In this document: one piece after another, positions 1 through 9,535 of the stretch | Numbering within the stretch: the stretch's first letter is position 1 | How the letters are laid out: each line of letters opens with the position of its first letter | DNA from: Dehalococcoidia bacterium | Lineage (GTDB): Bacteria; Chloroflexota; Dehalococcoidia; UBA2979 | Length of the DNA: 64,000 nt | Direction of reading: 5' to 3' | Assembly (NCBI GenBank): GCA_965204835.1 | Contig: OZ242017.1 | Coordinates: 2,182,066-2,246,065 of the forward strand | The notes under the pieces: generated by a model | What the model saw: only the letters and a program-made list of their open reading frames with translations | What the model was told of the DNA's origin: nothing | Database searches by the model: none | Translations under genes and position numbers: made by a program

Positions 1-1
1 C

Positions 2-1291
2 CCCCTCGATGGCATCCGCATCATCGACTTCACCGTGGTGTGGGCCGGCCCGTACGGCACGATGCAACTCGCGGACTGGGGCGCCGAGGTGATCCGGGTG
101 GAGTCACTGCACCACTTCGCCCCGCAGACCCGCGGGCTGATCGCACACCCGCCGCCGGAGTTCGCGGTCAACAGCGCGAACCAGGGCGGCGCGTATCCCG
201 ACGACTTGCTCGGCGACCGTCCGTGGAACCGTGCCCCGAACTTCAACGACCACGGCCACAACAAGCGCTCGGTCACGATCCACCTCGGCACGCCCGAGGG
301 CCAGGCGGTGCTCGACCGGCTGATCGAGCAGTCCGACGGGCTCGTCGAGAACAACCTGCCGCCGAACATCGAGAAGCAGGGCATCACGTGGGAGCGCGTC
401 TCCGCGATCAACCCGCAGATGGTCATGCTGCGCGTGCCGGCGTTCGGCCTCGAGGGCCCGTATCGGGGCTACCGCACATGGGGCAACCACATGGAGGCGC
501 TGCTCGGCCACCCGGTGTTGCGCGCCTACCCCGACCTCAGCCTGGACTACGCGCCCTCCGGCGTACCGTCCGACGCAGCCTCGGGCGTCGGCGGTGCGCT
601 CGCCTTCCTGATGGGGCTGCGCCAGCGCAAGAAGACAGGCGAAGGGCTCCTCATCGAGGCGGCGACCGCCGAGAACTTCGTGCCGTTCATCGGCGACTTC
701 GTCATGGACTACACCATGAATGGACGCGTCCATGAGCAACTCGGCAACACCCACCCCACGATGGCGCCCCACAACGTCTACCCGTGCTGGGGAACCGACC
801 GCTGGATCGCCATCGCCGTGCGCTCCGAGGAGGAGTGGACACGCCTGTGCGGCGTGATGCACCAGCTCGAACTCGGCGACGACCCGCGCTTCGCCACGAT
901 GGAGTCGCGGCACGAGCACCGCGACGCCCTCGACGCGCGGATCGCGGAGTGGACGGTGACCAAGGACGCCTACTGGGTGATGGAGCGCCTGCAGACCGAG
1001 GGCATCCCCGCGGGGGTTGCGATGCATGAGCGCGACGTCCTCGAGAACCGCCAGCACGAGGCGCGCGGCTTCTGGCGCACCATCAGCCACCCCGAGGCCG
1101 GCACGCAGCGGCACGCGGGACCGCTGTGGGGCACCACCGGCTCCAACCCCCGGCCCGCGCGGCACGCGCCGCGGCTGGGCGAGGACAACGAGTACGTCTA
1201 CAAGGAGGTCATGGGCTACTCGGACGCCGAGTACGCGGCCTTCGAGGAGGCGGGCCACATCGGCATGGACTACGACCCCTCGGTGCCGTAG
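2..1291 (+). CDS. CoA-transferase family III (CaiB/BaiF-like), 5'-truncated at window edge
   Basis: Frame-2 translation from nt 2 gives the family III CoA-transferase N-terminal motif (PLDGIRIIDFTVVWAGPYGTMQLADWGAEVIRVE) and a full-length C-terminus ending at TAG 1289-1291. No start codon in window. Confidence 0.85.
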   Translation, partial: PLDGIRIIDFTVVWAGPYGTMQLADWGAEVIRVESLHHFAPQTRGLIAHPPPEFAVNSANQGGAYPDDLLGDRPWNRAPNFNDHGHNKRSVTIHLGTPEGQAVLDRLIEQSDGLVENNLPPNIEKQGITWERVSAINPQMVMLRVPAFGLEGPYRGYRTWGNHMEALLGHPVLRAYPDLSLDYAPSGVPSDAASGVGGALAFLMGLRQRKKTGEGLLIEAATAENFVPFIGDFVMDYTMNGRVHEQLGNTHPTMAPHNVYPCWGTDRWIAIAVRSEEEWTRLCGVMHQLELGDDPRFATMESRHEHRDALDARIAEWTVTKDAYWVMERLQTEGIPAGVAMHERDVLENRQHEARGFWRTISHPEAGTQRHAGPLWGTTGSNPRPARHAPRLGEDNEYVYKEVMGYSDAEYAAFEEAGHIGMDYDPSVP

Positions 1292-1657
1292 TGGGCGTAC
1301 GACGGTTCGTGACCGATCTCTTCGTGGAGCCTGCCCTGAACTGGCGGGACTATGACGCGCCGTTCAGGACGAAGCTGCGGCTTGCCCTCCGCAATAACTG
1401 GATCAAGATCCGCACGCTCTCGACGTGCTGCGGGAACAACGGCGAGCCAGGTTGCTGACGGGTCGACGGCGGGCCCGGTGCGGGCTCCCATCACCATCAT
1501 CATCACGACGAGTAGGAGTAATCGGGCGTAATTCCATTCATGATGAGCATCCGGCGATACCGGCGCTCAAGTTGCTTCATAAACCGGCTGGATTAACCGC
1601 CCGTCCATTGCGTAAGCTTCAGTGCGCGTCAGACACGATGATTCGAAGGAGTACGCA

Positions 1658-1912
1658 GTGCCGAAGTTCACACCCATGGAGGCGTCCGAAGTCCTGATCG
1701 GCCGCGCGCGAGCCGCCGCCGAGGAGCGCGCCGAGTACGTCGAGGCAGTACGCGCCTCCGACGCGGGCAAGATCGAGCTCGGACGGGGCGAGAACCCCAC
1801 GCGGGTGAAGCGGCTCCTGTCCGAAGCGGCCCGCGAAGCCGGCACCAAGGTCCGCTCCTCCTGGGAGGACAAGAACAAGCGCACCCTGCTCTGGAAGCGG
1901 GTGGGCCGCTAG
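1658..1912 (+). CDS. small basic hypothetical protein (~84 aa, Lys/Arg-rich C-terminus)
   Basis: ORF 1622-1912. GTG at 1658 is preceded by an AGGAG-like RBS (gaaggagtacgcaGTG). It follows a lower-GC intergenic region and is followed by a hairpin terminator. Confidence 0.4.
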   Translation: MPKFTPMEASEVLIGRARAAAEERAEYVEAVRASDAGKIELGRGENPTRVKRLLSEAAREAGTKVRSSWEDKNKRTLLWKRVGR

Positions 1913-1920
1913 CGCCGTCC

Positions 1921-1932
1921 GGGGGGGGGGGG
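1921..1932. repeat. G12 homopolymer tract
   Basis: Twelve consecutive G at 1921-1932, immediately 3' of the 1658-1912 ORF stop. Confidence 0.9.
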
Positions 1933-1966
1933 ACACGCTCCCCGCTGACATCGCGTCCCACGAAGA

Positions 1967-1995
1967 AGCCCCGGCATCTCGCCGGGGCTCTTGTC
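1967..1995. terminator. candidate bidirectional intrinsic terminator hairpin
   Basis: aGCCCCGGC-atctc-GCCGGGGCt stem-loop followed by cttgtcgtg, lying between convergent genes (1658-1912 + and 2076-2261 -). The T-tract is weak. Confidence 0.45.
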
Positions 1996-2075
1996 GTGCG
2001 GGACGTCGCGGGGACGCGCGCCACTCCTCGTGACGCCGGTGGTGTCACCCTCGAGTGTCCGGCGTGGGCGGGACC

Positions 2076-2261
2076 CTACGACTCGCGGCGCGTTGGGCGC
2101 TTCTTCGCGAGTCCACGCAGGTACGGGTTGGAGGGGTTCGCCGGGAAGTCCCGGGTCTCCCCGCACAGCTTGCAGCGGCCTGGTACTTCCCCACCAGATG
2201 GCTCCGAAAGGATCCAGTGATGGGCCTGACAATCGGTTGTGGCGCTACGAGCCTCTGCCAC
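2076..2261 (-). CDS. small hypothetical protein with zinc-ribbon-like Cys/His pattern (61 aa)
   Basis: ORF with DCQAHH...CKLCGE (C-x3-HH ... C-x2-C). Convergent with the upstream gene and shares the terminator hairpin. No family recognised. Confidence 0.3.
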   Translation of the reverse strand: MAEARSATTDCQAHHWILSEPSGGEVPGRCKLCGETRDFPANPSNPYLRGLAKKRPTRRES

Positions 2262-2492
2262 GTCTACCCCCCTGCCGACGCTGTCGCGGTACAGCGCGCG
2301 CGACCAGTGCCCTTGCGGGCCGCCTGCCGGTCACGCGCCGCGACGGTTGCGCGCATATTGCCACACCTGCCCAGCCCTTGCAGCGACGAGCTCATCGACA
2401 CCACAACTCGCGCGTCCGTAACGGCGAATGACGGTACAGTGACGGACGATCACGACGCGCCCCGTTGAGGCGCAGACGGGGGGATTCCGACA

Positions 2493-3050
2493 GTGAGCGA
2501 ACGCGGCATGATCCTGTGGTTTACGGGGCTCTCCGGGTCCGGTAAATCCACCCTCGCCGAATACCTCGCCCCCGAGCTGCGGGCGCGCGGGCGCAACGTC
2601 GAGGTCCTCGACGGCGACGAGGTCCGCACGAACCTCTCCAAGGGGCTCGGGTTCTCCAAGGAGGACCGCGACACCAACATCCGGCGCATCGGCTACGTCG
2701 CGCGGCTGCTCTCGCGCAACGGGGTGGCCGTGATCACCGCCGCCATCTCGCCCTACGCCGAGATCCGCGACGAGGTGCGCGCCAGCATCGCCGGCGAGCC
2801 CGCCGAGTTCGTCGAGATCCACGTCGACTGCTCCATCGAGGAGCTCACCCGCCGCGACGTGAAGGGGCTGTACGAGAAGGCCCTGCGCGGCGAGATCCAG
2901 AACTTCACCGGCATCTCCGACCCGTACGAGGCGCCCGAGCAGCCCGAGGTGCGCGTCAACTCCGAGACGCAGGACGAGCAGGAGTCGCTCGGCGACATCC
3001 TCGGCTACCTGGAGTCGGCGGACCTGATCCCGGCGGGAGCCGTGTCATGA
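2493..3050 (+). CDS. cysC: adenylylsulfate (APS) kinase
   Basis: Walker A motif GLSGSGKST and APS-kinase-wide similarity ([15 protein letters not shown]...). GTG 2493 after a GGGGGGA RBS. 4-nt ATGA overlap with the next gene. Confidence 0.95.
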   Translation: MSERGMILWFTGLSGSGKSTLAEYLAPELRARGRNVEVLDGDEVRTNLSKGLGFSKEDRDTNIRRIGYVARLLSRNGVAVITAAISPYAEIRDEVRASIAGEPAEFVEIHVDCSIEELTRRDVKGLYEKALRGEIQNFTGISDPYEAPEQPEVRVNSETQDEQESLGDILGYLESADLIPAGAVS

Positions 3051-4222
3051 GCCCCGACACATCCCAGCTCGTCCCGCCGCACGGTGGCGAGCTCCGTGAG
3101 TTGCTCGCCACCGGCGAGGAGGCCGCGGCCCTCGCGCAGGCCGCGAGCGAGTTGCCCGTGCTGCGCCTCGGCCCGCGCCAGGTCACCGACCTCGAACTGC
3201 TCTCCGTCGGGGCGCTGAGCCCCCTCCGCGGCTTCATGGACGAGGCCGACTACCGGGCGGTCGTCGAGGGCATGTGCCTGGCCGACGGCGCCGTGTGGAG
3301 CGTGCCCATCACGCTCCCGGTCACGTCCGCGCAGGCCGCGGAGCTTGCCAACCGCCAGATCGCGCTCGCCGCGGAGGACGGCACGCTGCTCGCCGTGATG
3401 GACGCCGGCGACGCCTACGCCTACGACCGCGCGCGCGAGGCCGAGAAGGTCTACCGCACCGCCGACCCGGCACACCCGGGCGTCGAGGCGGTCAACGACC
3501 AGGCCGACATGCTCCTCGGCGGGCCGGTCCGCGCCTTCGCGCTGCCGCCGGACCCGGAGTTCCCGGAGCACCGGCTCACGCCGGCGCAGACCCGTGCCGC
3601 GTTCGCCGAGCGCGGCTGGCGGACCGTGGTCGGCTTCCAGACGCGCAACCCCGTACACCGCGCGCACGAGTACCTCACCAAGGTCGCGCTCGAGGTCGTC
3701 GACGGCCTGCTCCTCCACCCGCTGGTGGGAGAGACGAAGGAAGGCGACATCCCGGCCGACGTGCGGATGCAGTGCTACCAGGTGCTGCTCGACGGCTACT
3801 ACGCGCAGGACCGCGTCCTGCTCTCCGTGCTCCCCGCGTCGATGCGCTACGCGGGGCCGCGCGAGGCGATCTTCCACGCGATCATGCGCCAGAACTACGG
3901 CTGCTCGCACTTCATCGTCGGGCGCGACCACGCCGGCGTCGGCGACTACTACGGCACGTACGACGCGCAGGAGATCTTCGACGAGCTCGAGCCGGGCGCG
4001 CTGGCGATCCAGCCGCTCAAGTTCGAGCACAGCTTCTACTGCGTCAGCTGCGAGGCGATGGCAAGCTCGCACACGTGCCCGCACGGCAACGACGACCACG
4101 TCTTCCTGTCCGGCACGCGCGTGCGCCAGATGCTCGAGGCCGGCGAGGCGCCGCCGCCCGAGTTCACGCGGCCCGAGGTCGCCGAGGTGCTCGTCGAGGC
4201 GTACAGCAGCGGCGCGGCGTAA
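3047..4222 (+). CDS. sat: sulfate adenylyltransferase (ATP sulfurylase, homo-oligomeric type)
   Basis: [11 protein letters not shown] and GRDHAGVG motifs typical of ATP sulfurylase. ATG 3047 overlaps the cysC stop. Confidence 0.95.
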   Translation: MSPDTSQLVPPHGGELRELLATGEEAAALAQAASELPVLRLGPRQVTDLELLSVGALSPLRGFMDEADYRAVVEGMCLADGAVWSVPITLPVTSAQAAELANRQIALAAEDGTLLAVMDAGDAYAYDRAREAEKVYRTADPAHPGVEAVNDQADMLLGGPVRAFALPPDPEFPEHRLTPAQTRAAFAERGWRTVVGFQTRNPVHRAHEYLTKVALEVVDGLLLHPLVGETKEGDIPADVRMQCYQVLLDGYYAQDRVLLSVLPASMRYAGPREAIFHAIMRQNYGCSHFIVGRDHAGVGDYYGTYDAQEIFDELEPGALAIQPLKFEHSFYCVSCEAMASSHTCPHGNDDHVFLSGTRVRQMLEAGEAPPPEFTRPEVAEVLVEAYSSGAA

Positions 4223-4231
4223 CCACCGCGC
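4209..4231. terminator. candidate bidirectional terminator hairpin between convergent sat and the permease gene
   Basis: GGCGCGG-cgtaacca-CCGCGCC perfect 7-bp stem spanning the sat stop. Confidence 0.35.
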
Positions 4232-4243
4232 CCTCGGCGGCAG

Positions 4244-6010
4244 CTACCAGAACACCGGCGTCCCGAGGACGACGACGGCGATCACCGTGAGCGAGAGCGG
4301 CGCGCCGAGCCGCGCGTAGTCGGAGAACCGGTAGCCGCCCGGCCCGTAGACCATGATGTTGGTCTGGTAGCCGATCGGCGTCAGGAACGACGCCGAGGCG
4401 GTCACGGCGATCGCGATCGCCGTGCTCCGGGTATCGAGGCCGGCCGATTCCGCGGCGACCACCGCCACCGGGAACATCAGCACGGCCGCGGCGCTGTTCG
4501 TCACCAGCTCCGTCAGCACGATCGTCGCCAGCACCAGCCCGAGCAGCACCCCGCGCGGCCCGAGCGCCTCGAACACATCGACGATGCGCATCGCGAACTG
4601 GCCGGCGAGCCCGGACTCCTGGATGGCCGCCGCCAGCCCGAACGCCGCGGCGATCGTCACGACCACGTCGAGGTCGATGGCGTTCCGCGCCTGCACCGGG
4701 TTGAGCACGCGCAGCCCCACCACGGCGAGCGCGGCCAGCAGCGCGGCCTCGAGGAGGGTGAGCGCGCCCGTCGCCGCCAGCACCACCATGGCGACCACGA
4801 GCGGCCCGACGAGCAGCGCCCGGCGCTGCACGCCGCGGCGCGAAAGCTCGCCGACGCCCGAGACCAGCAGGAAGTCGGGCTGCTCGCCCCACTGCATCTC
4901 GAAGTCGTCGTCGCTGATCAGCAACAGCGTGTCGCCGACGCGCATCTGCACGTCGCCGAGCTTCGCGTCGACGCGGCGGCCGGCGCGGTGGACGGCCAGC
5001 ACCGCCGCCTGGTAGCGGCCCCGGAACTCCGAGTCGCGGATGGTCTGCCCCACCACCGGCGAGGACTGCCCGAGCACCACCTCGTAGATCGCGCCGGTGT
5101 CGGCGCCGAGCTGCGCGAGCTGCCCATCCTCGCTCGACCGCAGCCCGCCGATGCCGTGCAGGTCGACGACGTCGTCGACGCGCCCAACGAAGCTGAGGCG
5201 GTCGTTGCCGCGCAGCACCGTGCGCGGCGAGACCGGCGCGATGGTGTATCCGGGGCGCTCGAGCTGCACGAGGTAGACGCCGCTGAGACTGCGCAGGCCG
5301 CCCGCCTCGACCTCGGAGCCGTCGAGGGGCCCCCCGGGCTCCACCACCATCTCGATGGTGTACTCGCGCGAGCCCGCGCCCAGGCTCCCGCGCGGCCCGG
5401 CGCGCGGCGGCAGCACGCGCGGGGCGAGCACGACGATCACCACCAGCCCGGCGACAGTCAGCGGCAGGCCCAGCTTCGCCACCTCGAAGAGCCCGATCGG
5501 CGTCATCCCCGCGCCCTCGACGAGCCCCGCGACGGCCACGTTCGTCGAGGTGCCGAGCACCGTCATGGTCCCGCCCAGCACTGCCGCGAACGATAGCGGC
5601 ATCAGGTAGCGCGACGGCGGCGTGCCCTGGCGGTCGCTCCACTCCTGCACGGCGGGCGTGAGGATCGCCACGATCGAGGTGTTGCTGAGGAACGCCGACG
5701 CCACCGACGTCGGCGCCAGCAGGCGCACGCCCGCCAGCACGAAGCTGCGTCCGCCGCCGAGCATCGTCGACAGCGCGGGCACCAGCGCGCCCGTCTCATG
5801 CACGGCGCGCGCGACGACGAGCAGGGCGCCGACGGTGAAGGGCGCGGGGTTGGCGAACCCGGAGAGCGCCTGCTCGGGCTCGGTGACGCCCGCGGCCATG
5901 AGCAGGACCGCCGCGCCGAGCAGCGCGACCGAGGGCGGCGCGAACCCGCGCAGCATCACCACGACCATCGCCGCGGTGACCGCGAGCGTGAGCCACGCGT
6001 CAACGCTCAC
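4244..6010 (-). CDS. SLC13/DASS-family anion permease with two central TrkA-C domains (putative sulfate/divalent anion transporter)
   Basis: 588-aa polytopic membrane protein with duplicated transporter halves flanking two TrkA-C-like soluble domains. Convergent with the sulfate activation genes. Confidence 0.8.
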   Translation of the reverse strand: MSVDAWLTLAVTAAMVVVMLRGFAPPSVALLGAAVLLMAAGVTEPEQALSGFANPAPFTVGALLVVARAVHETGALVPALSTMLGGGRSFVLAGVRLLAPTSVASAFLSNTSIVAILTPAVQEWSDRQGTPPSRYLMPLSFAAVLGGTMTVLGTSTNVAVAGLVEGAGMTPIGLFEVAKLGLPLTVAGLVVIVVLAPRVLPPRAGPRGSLGAGSREYTIEMVVEPGGPLDGSEVEAGGLRSLSGVYLVQLERPGYTIAPVSPRTVLRGNDRLSFVGRVDDVVDLHGIGGLRSSEDGQLAQLGADTGAIYEVVLGQSSPVVGQTIRDSEFRGRYQAAVLAVHRAGRRVDAKLGDVQMRVGDTLLLISDDDFEMQWGEQPDFLLVSGVGELSRRGVQRRALLVGPLVVAMVVLAATGALTLLEAALLAALAVVGLRVLNPVQARNAIDLDVVVTIAAAFGLAAAIQESGLAGQFAMRIVDVFEALGPRGVLLGLVLATIVLTELVTNSAAAVLMFPVAVVAAESAGLDTRSTAIAIAVTASASFLTPIGYQTNIMVYGPGGYRFSDYARLGAPLSLTVIAVVVLGTPVFW

Positions 6011-6149
6011 TGGCGAGCCTCACCGTCACTGCTCGATGCCATGCGGGACAGGGTACGCCCGCCGGGCCCACCCTCGACGGATCGAGCCTCAAACGCAGCT
6101 CGCTCGCGACTGGCCTGGGGGCGCGCGGCCGGCGAGCGTCGGTTCGCCT

Positions 6150-6746
6150 TCACCCGTCTCGGACGGCGATCTTCCGCGCCACCCATGCGTCTTCCATCTC
6201 CTGCGGCTCCATGAGCCTGAGCACGCTGCCGGCACCGGCCACGAAGGCCCCGACGGGGAGGAGTGCCGCGGTCGGCCACCACACGATCACGGGCGCGCCG
6301 CTCAACACCACCCCCTGCGCACTGACCTGGCTCGGGAGCAGGTAGAGCGTGAACGCAGAGACGGCCAGTACCAGCAGCGGAAACGCAGCGGCTCTCCGGC
6401 CGGAGAACGCTGCCATCACAACGAGGGCAGGGAGCATCGCGAAGGCGATCCCGGCCAGCCACTCGTCCTGTGCGCTCACCCCGGAGAAGTGGGATCCGTG
6501 AGCCACCCGGATGACCGGGTCCGTGCGGTGCCACCGCACCTCGGCGCTCGTCACCGGCCAGGTGTCGCGGACACCCTCGGCGCCTGCGGTGTCGGAATCG
6601 ATCTCGAAGACGGTGGGCCACTGGTCGCCCCACCGCACTTCGGCAACAGGCACCACCACGCCGACGAGCGTGACGGCCACGCCGAGAGCCGCCACTCCCA
6701 GGAACACGCGCCGCGCAGGGCTCATCGTAGCCAGGCCACCAGACAT
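6150..6746 (-). CDS. hypothetical membrane protein
   Basis: Internal ATG 6746 (MSGGLATMSPARRVFLGVAALGVAVTL...) with predicted N- and C-terminal TM helices. The longer ORF upstream is Arg-rich GC-artifact sequence. Confidence 0.45.
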   Translation of the reverse strand: MSGGLATMSPARRVFLGVAALGVAVTLVGVVVPVAEVRWGDQWPTVFEIDSDTAGAEGVRDTWPVTSAEVRWHRTDPVIRVAHGSHFSGVSAQDEWLAGIAFAMLPALVVMAAFSGRRAAAFPLLVLAVSAFTLYLLPSQVSAQGVVLSGAPVIVWWPTAALLPVGAFVAGAGSVLRLMEPQEMEDAWVARKIAVRDG

Positions 6747-6829
6747 GGGCGGGACCCTTCGATGAAGCGCGGAGTCTACACCCTCCGTCCACACCGGTTG
6801 GTACCCAATGGTGCGTGCGTGGCCTGGCG

Positions 6830-7912
6830 CTACTCGAGGGCGTCCCCGTGCGCGGCGAGCGCCGCCTTCACGCGATCGATCGGCGCCACCTCGAACGGGT
6901 CCACGTCGTTGAGCAGTGCGAGGTAGTACGACACCCAGTCGCCGATGTACGCCGCGTGCAGCACCGAGTCGAGCCCGCCCGAGCCCTCGACGTGCACTAC
7001 CTCGCACGACACACCCGCGCGCTGTAGCTCGTCGCCCGTGACGGCGACGCGCCGCCGGTTGCGGGGGTGCAGGCCGGGGCCGTCGAGGAGCACGACGTGG
7101 AGCCGCTCCAGCGCCGCGGACGGCAGCGCGAAGCCGGCGACGAGGTTGTGGTCGACCTCGGGAAGCTCAGCCGAGAGCGCCCACTGGCTCGCGTTCTCCG
7201 GGATCACGCCCGCCCACCGCGACGCGGCCACGCGCAGCACGCCGGGACCGACGACGACCGGCACGCGCCCGGCGAGCCGCCGCGCGATCTGCTTCGGCAG
7301 GTTCGACGTCTCCTGCATGTCGGGCGAGGCTGCCTTGCTGCAACGCTTGAGGAGCGTGATGGCGGCCGCGACTTCGTCGTCGTCCGCGGCGTGGATCCCC
7401 GCGGCTCGCAATACGGCGACCGGTGGCAGCGCGCCGTAGCCGAGGGCGGTGCGCGGCGGCCCGTCGAAGGCGAACGTGAACGCGGGGACGCCTGCGCGCG
7501 CGGCCGCGTCGCCAAGCTTGCCGCCCGTCGTGATCGCGACGCGCGGCGCGCCCTGCTTGCCGGCAGCCTCGAACGCCGCGAGCACCTCCTCGGTATTACC
7601 GGAGAAGGAGCACGCGACGAAGAGCGAGTCGGCGTCGAGGGCGGGCGGCGTGTAGTCGCGCAGCACCTCGATGGGCGTCGTGGTGCGGGTCGAGGCGAGC
7701 GCGGCAACGATCTCGGCGCCGATGGCCGAGCCGCCCATCCCGGCGAACACGACGCGGCGAGGCGCATCGAGCGTCAGTGAAGACGCCCACGCGCGGCCGG
7801 CGTCCCAGGCTTCAGCAGCCTGATCGGGGAGCGCGGCGATGAGTTTCCAGAACGCGCCGGGGTCCGTCTCCCCGCGTCTCGCGGCATCGTCCAGTGCTGC
7901 GTCGTCGCCCAC
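6830..7912 (-). CDS. bifunctional phosphoglucose/phosphomannose isomerase (SIS domain)
   Basis: Two SIS-type nucleotide-sugar isomerase repeats (VVFAGMGGSAIGAE..., CSFSGNTEE) characteristic of the PGI/PMI family. Confidence 0.8.
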   Translation of the reverse strand: MGDDAALDDAARRGETDPGAFWKLIAALPDQAAEAWDAGRAWASSLTLDAPRRVVFAGMGGSAIGAEIVAALASTRTTTPIEVLRDYTPPALDADSLFVACSFSGNTEEVLAAFEAAGKQGAPRVAITTGGKLGDAAARAGVPAFTFAFDGPPRTALGYGALPPVAVLRAAGIHAADDDEVAAAITLLKRCSKAASPDMQETSNLPKQIARRLAGRVPVVVGPGVLRVAASRWAGVIPENASQWALSAELPEVDHNLVAGFALPSAALERLHVVLLDGPGLHPRNRRRVAVTGDELQRAGVSCEVVHVEGSGGLDSVLHAAYIGDWVSYYLALLNDVDPFEVAPIDRVKAALAAHGDALE

Positions 7913-7977
7913 GGTGGCCCCTCACCAGCGCACGCGACAGCGTAGTGAGGCCGCCCGTTACGCGCGCTCCCCGGCGC

Positions 7978-8445
7978 CTACCGTGCGAGCGCCTCCGCCT
8001 CCTCGCGGAGGCGGCGCAGGTTCCACATCGCGTCGAGGTCGCGCTCGTTGATCTCGTGGACGTAGTCGGCCAGCGACACTTCGCCGCGGTACGGGTGGAC
8101 GCCGCGGTGGTCCCAGCCCGGCCCGGCCCACTCGAGCTCCCAGAGCAGCTCCTGGCGCAGCGCCTCGAAGTCCCACACCAGCTCGTCGACCCCGGACAGC
8201 TCGTACCCGCCCTCGCCCGGCGCGAGGTGGGCCCGGCGCTCGGGCAGCCGCGCGCGGTCGCGGCGCAGCATGGCCTGCACGGCGCGCAGGTCCTCGCGCT
8301 CGGAGTCGCGCAGGAAGCCGACGGTCTCGACGATGGACCACTGCTCGCGCAGCCCCTCGCCCGGCGGGCGGCGCCTCAGGGCGTCCTCGGGGATCCCGTA
8401 GACGAGTTGCCCGACCTCGTGGGCGACCTCGCGCAGCGCCTTCAT
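7978..8445 (-). CDS. DinB/DUF664-like metal-dependent hydrolase-fold protein
   Basis: Internal ATG 8445 (MKALREVAHEVGQLVYGIPEDALRRRPPGEG...HPYRGEVSLADYVHEINERD). The four-helix DinB_2-like pattern is recognisable. The upstream part of the long ORF looks non-coding. Confidence 0.5.
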   Translation of the reverse strand: MKALREVAHEVGQLVYGIPEDALRRRPPGEGLREQWSIVETVGFLRDSEREDLRAVQAMLRRDRARLPERRAHLAPGEGGYELSGVDELVWDFEALRQELLWELEWAGPGWDHRGVHPYRGEVSLADYVHEINERDLDAMWNLRRLREEAEALAR

Positions 8446-8602
8446 GAGCCAGCGCTGGTTCGAGCCGTAGCGGCGCGTCGAGGGTTGCACGGCGCGATCG
8501 TTGGCCCGTGGCGCCCGGCCTGTCAATCGCCCCGATCGCGGGCCACGGATCGGCGGGCCGCGTCGCGTTGACCGCGACCGCCGATGCGGCCAACCTCGCC
8601 CC

Positions 8603-9436
8603 ATGAGCGCCGACACGCTGCCCTACACCGTGCTGATCCTGCTCGTCGAACTCGCCGTTGGCTCGCTGGTCTTCGTGACCTGGTTCGAGCGGCGCGGGCA
8701 GATCACGCACGGCTACGTGCAGATGGGCGGGGTCGTCGTCGTCCCCACGCTCCTGCTCGCGCTCGTCATCGCGTTCACCATCGCCCCCGTCGACGTCATC
8801 GACGGCTTCACGCTGCGGGCCGGGGCCGTCGACGCGCTGCGCGTGGCCCTGCTCGTCTTCATGGCGATATCCGTGGTGAACCTCGTCGCCGCGTTCGCCG
8901 AGCGCATGCCGGTTGCGAGGTGGTCCGGCGTCGCCGGCGGCGTTGCGGGCGTCGTCACGCTCGCCATCCTCGCCGCGCTGGTCGCAGGGCCCGCGTGGTC
9001 CTACGCGGGGGTGCTCGCCAGCATGCTCGCCGCCGCGGTCGCCCTCGGCGGGTCGATGATGGCGATGAGCTGGGGCCACTGGTACCTGACGAACTCCGGC
9101 CTGCCCAAGGAGCCGCTCGAGGAGATGTCGATGGTGGTGCTCGGCGCGCTGGTGGCGCAGGCCATCTTCGCCGTCGTCGCCGCGGCCGCGCCGGTCCGGG
9201 AGGTGCCGCTCACGCAGACCGCGTTCGGCGTCGAGCTCGGGCAGAACCCCGCGTTCTGGTTCCGCGTCGGGGTCGGCCTCGTCTTCCCGGGCGTGCTCGC
9301 GTGGCTCGCGTGGAGGGCCGCCGCGATACGGGGCATGATGGCCGCCACGGGCCTGCTCTATATCACCGTCGGCGCGGTGCTCACCGGCGAGATCCTGGCG
9401 CGAGGGCTGCTCTTCGCGACGGGCGCCGCCGTCTGA
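8603..9436 (+). CDS. polytopic integral membrane protein, function unknown
   Basis: ATG 8603 (MSADTLPYTVLILLVELAVGSLVF...). Seven to eight hydrophobic helices. No recognised family. Confidence 0.55.
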   Translation: MSADTLPYTVLILLVELAVGSLVFVTWFERRGQITHGYVQMGGVVVVPTLLLALVIAFTIAPVDVIDGFTLRAGAVDALRVALLVFMAISVVNLVAAFAERMPVARWSGVAGGVAGVVTLAILAALVAGPAWSYAGVLASMLAAAVALGGSMMAMSWGHWYLTNSGLPKEPLEEMSMVVLGALVAQAIFAVVAAAAPVREVPLTQTAFGVELGQNPAFWFRVGVGLVFPGVLAWLAWRAAAIRGMMAATGLLYITVGAVLTGEILARGLLFATGAAV

Positions 9437-9535
9437 CGGGGGAACGTTGCTGCTTGCAATCGCGTATTGGGTGCTAGACGCTATACGGAGCGTCGTACAA
9501 TATTCCCGCCTCCCTCGCACGGATCGGGGGGCCGT

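Noticed and set aside
1459-1515. 6xHis codon run as cloning-vector contamination
   Set aside because: It is flanked on both sides by contiguous genomic genes with native codon usage and no vector backbone features. It is kept as a finding with a check proposed, not called contamination.
3274-4290. 338-aa plus-strand ORF overlapping sat in another frame. Similar alternative-frame ORFs include 40..735, 16404-17702, 8584-9477 and 42717-44792.
   Set aside because: These are alternative frames of well-supported genes. Their compositionally biased translations have no motifs.
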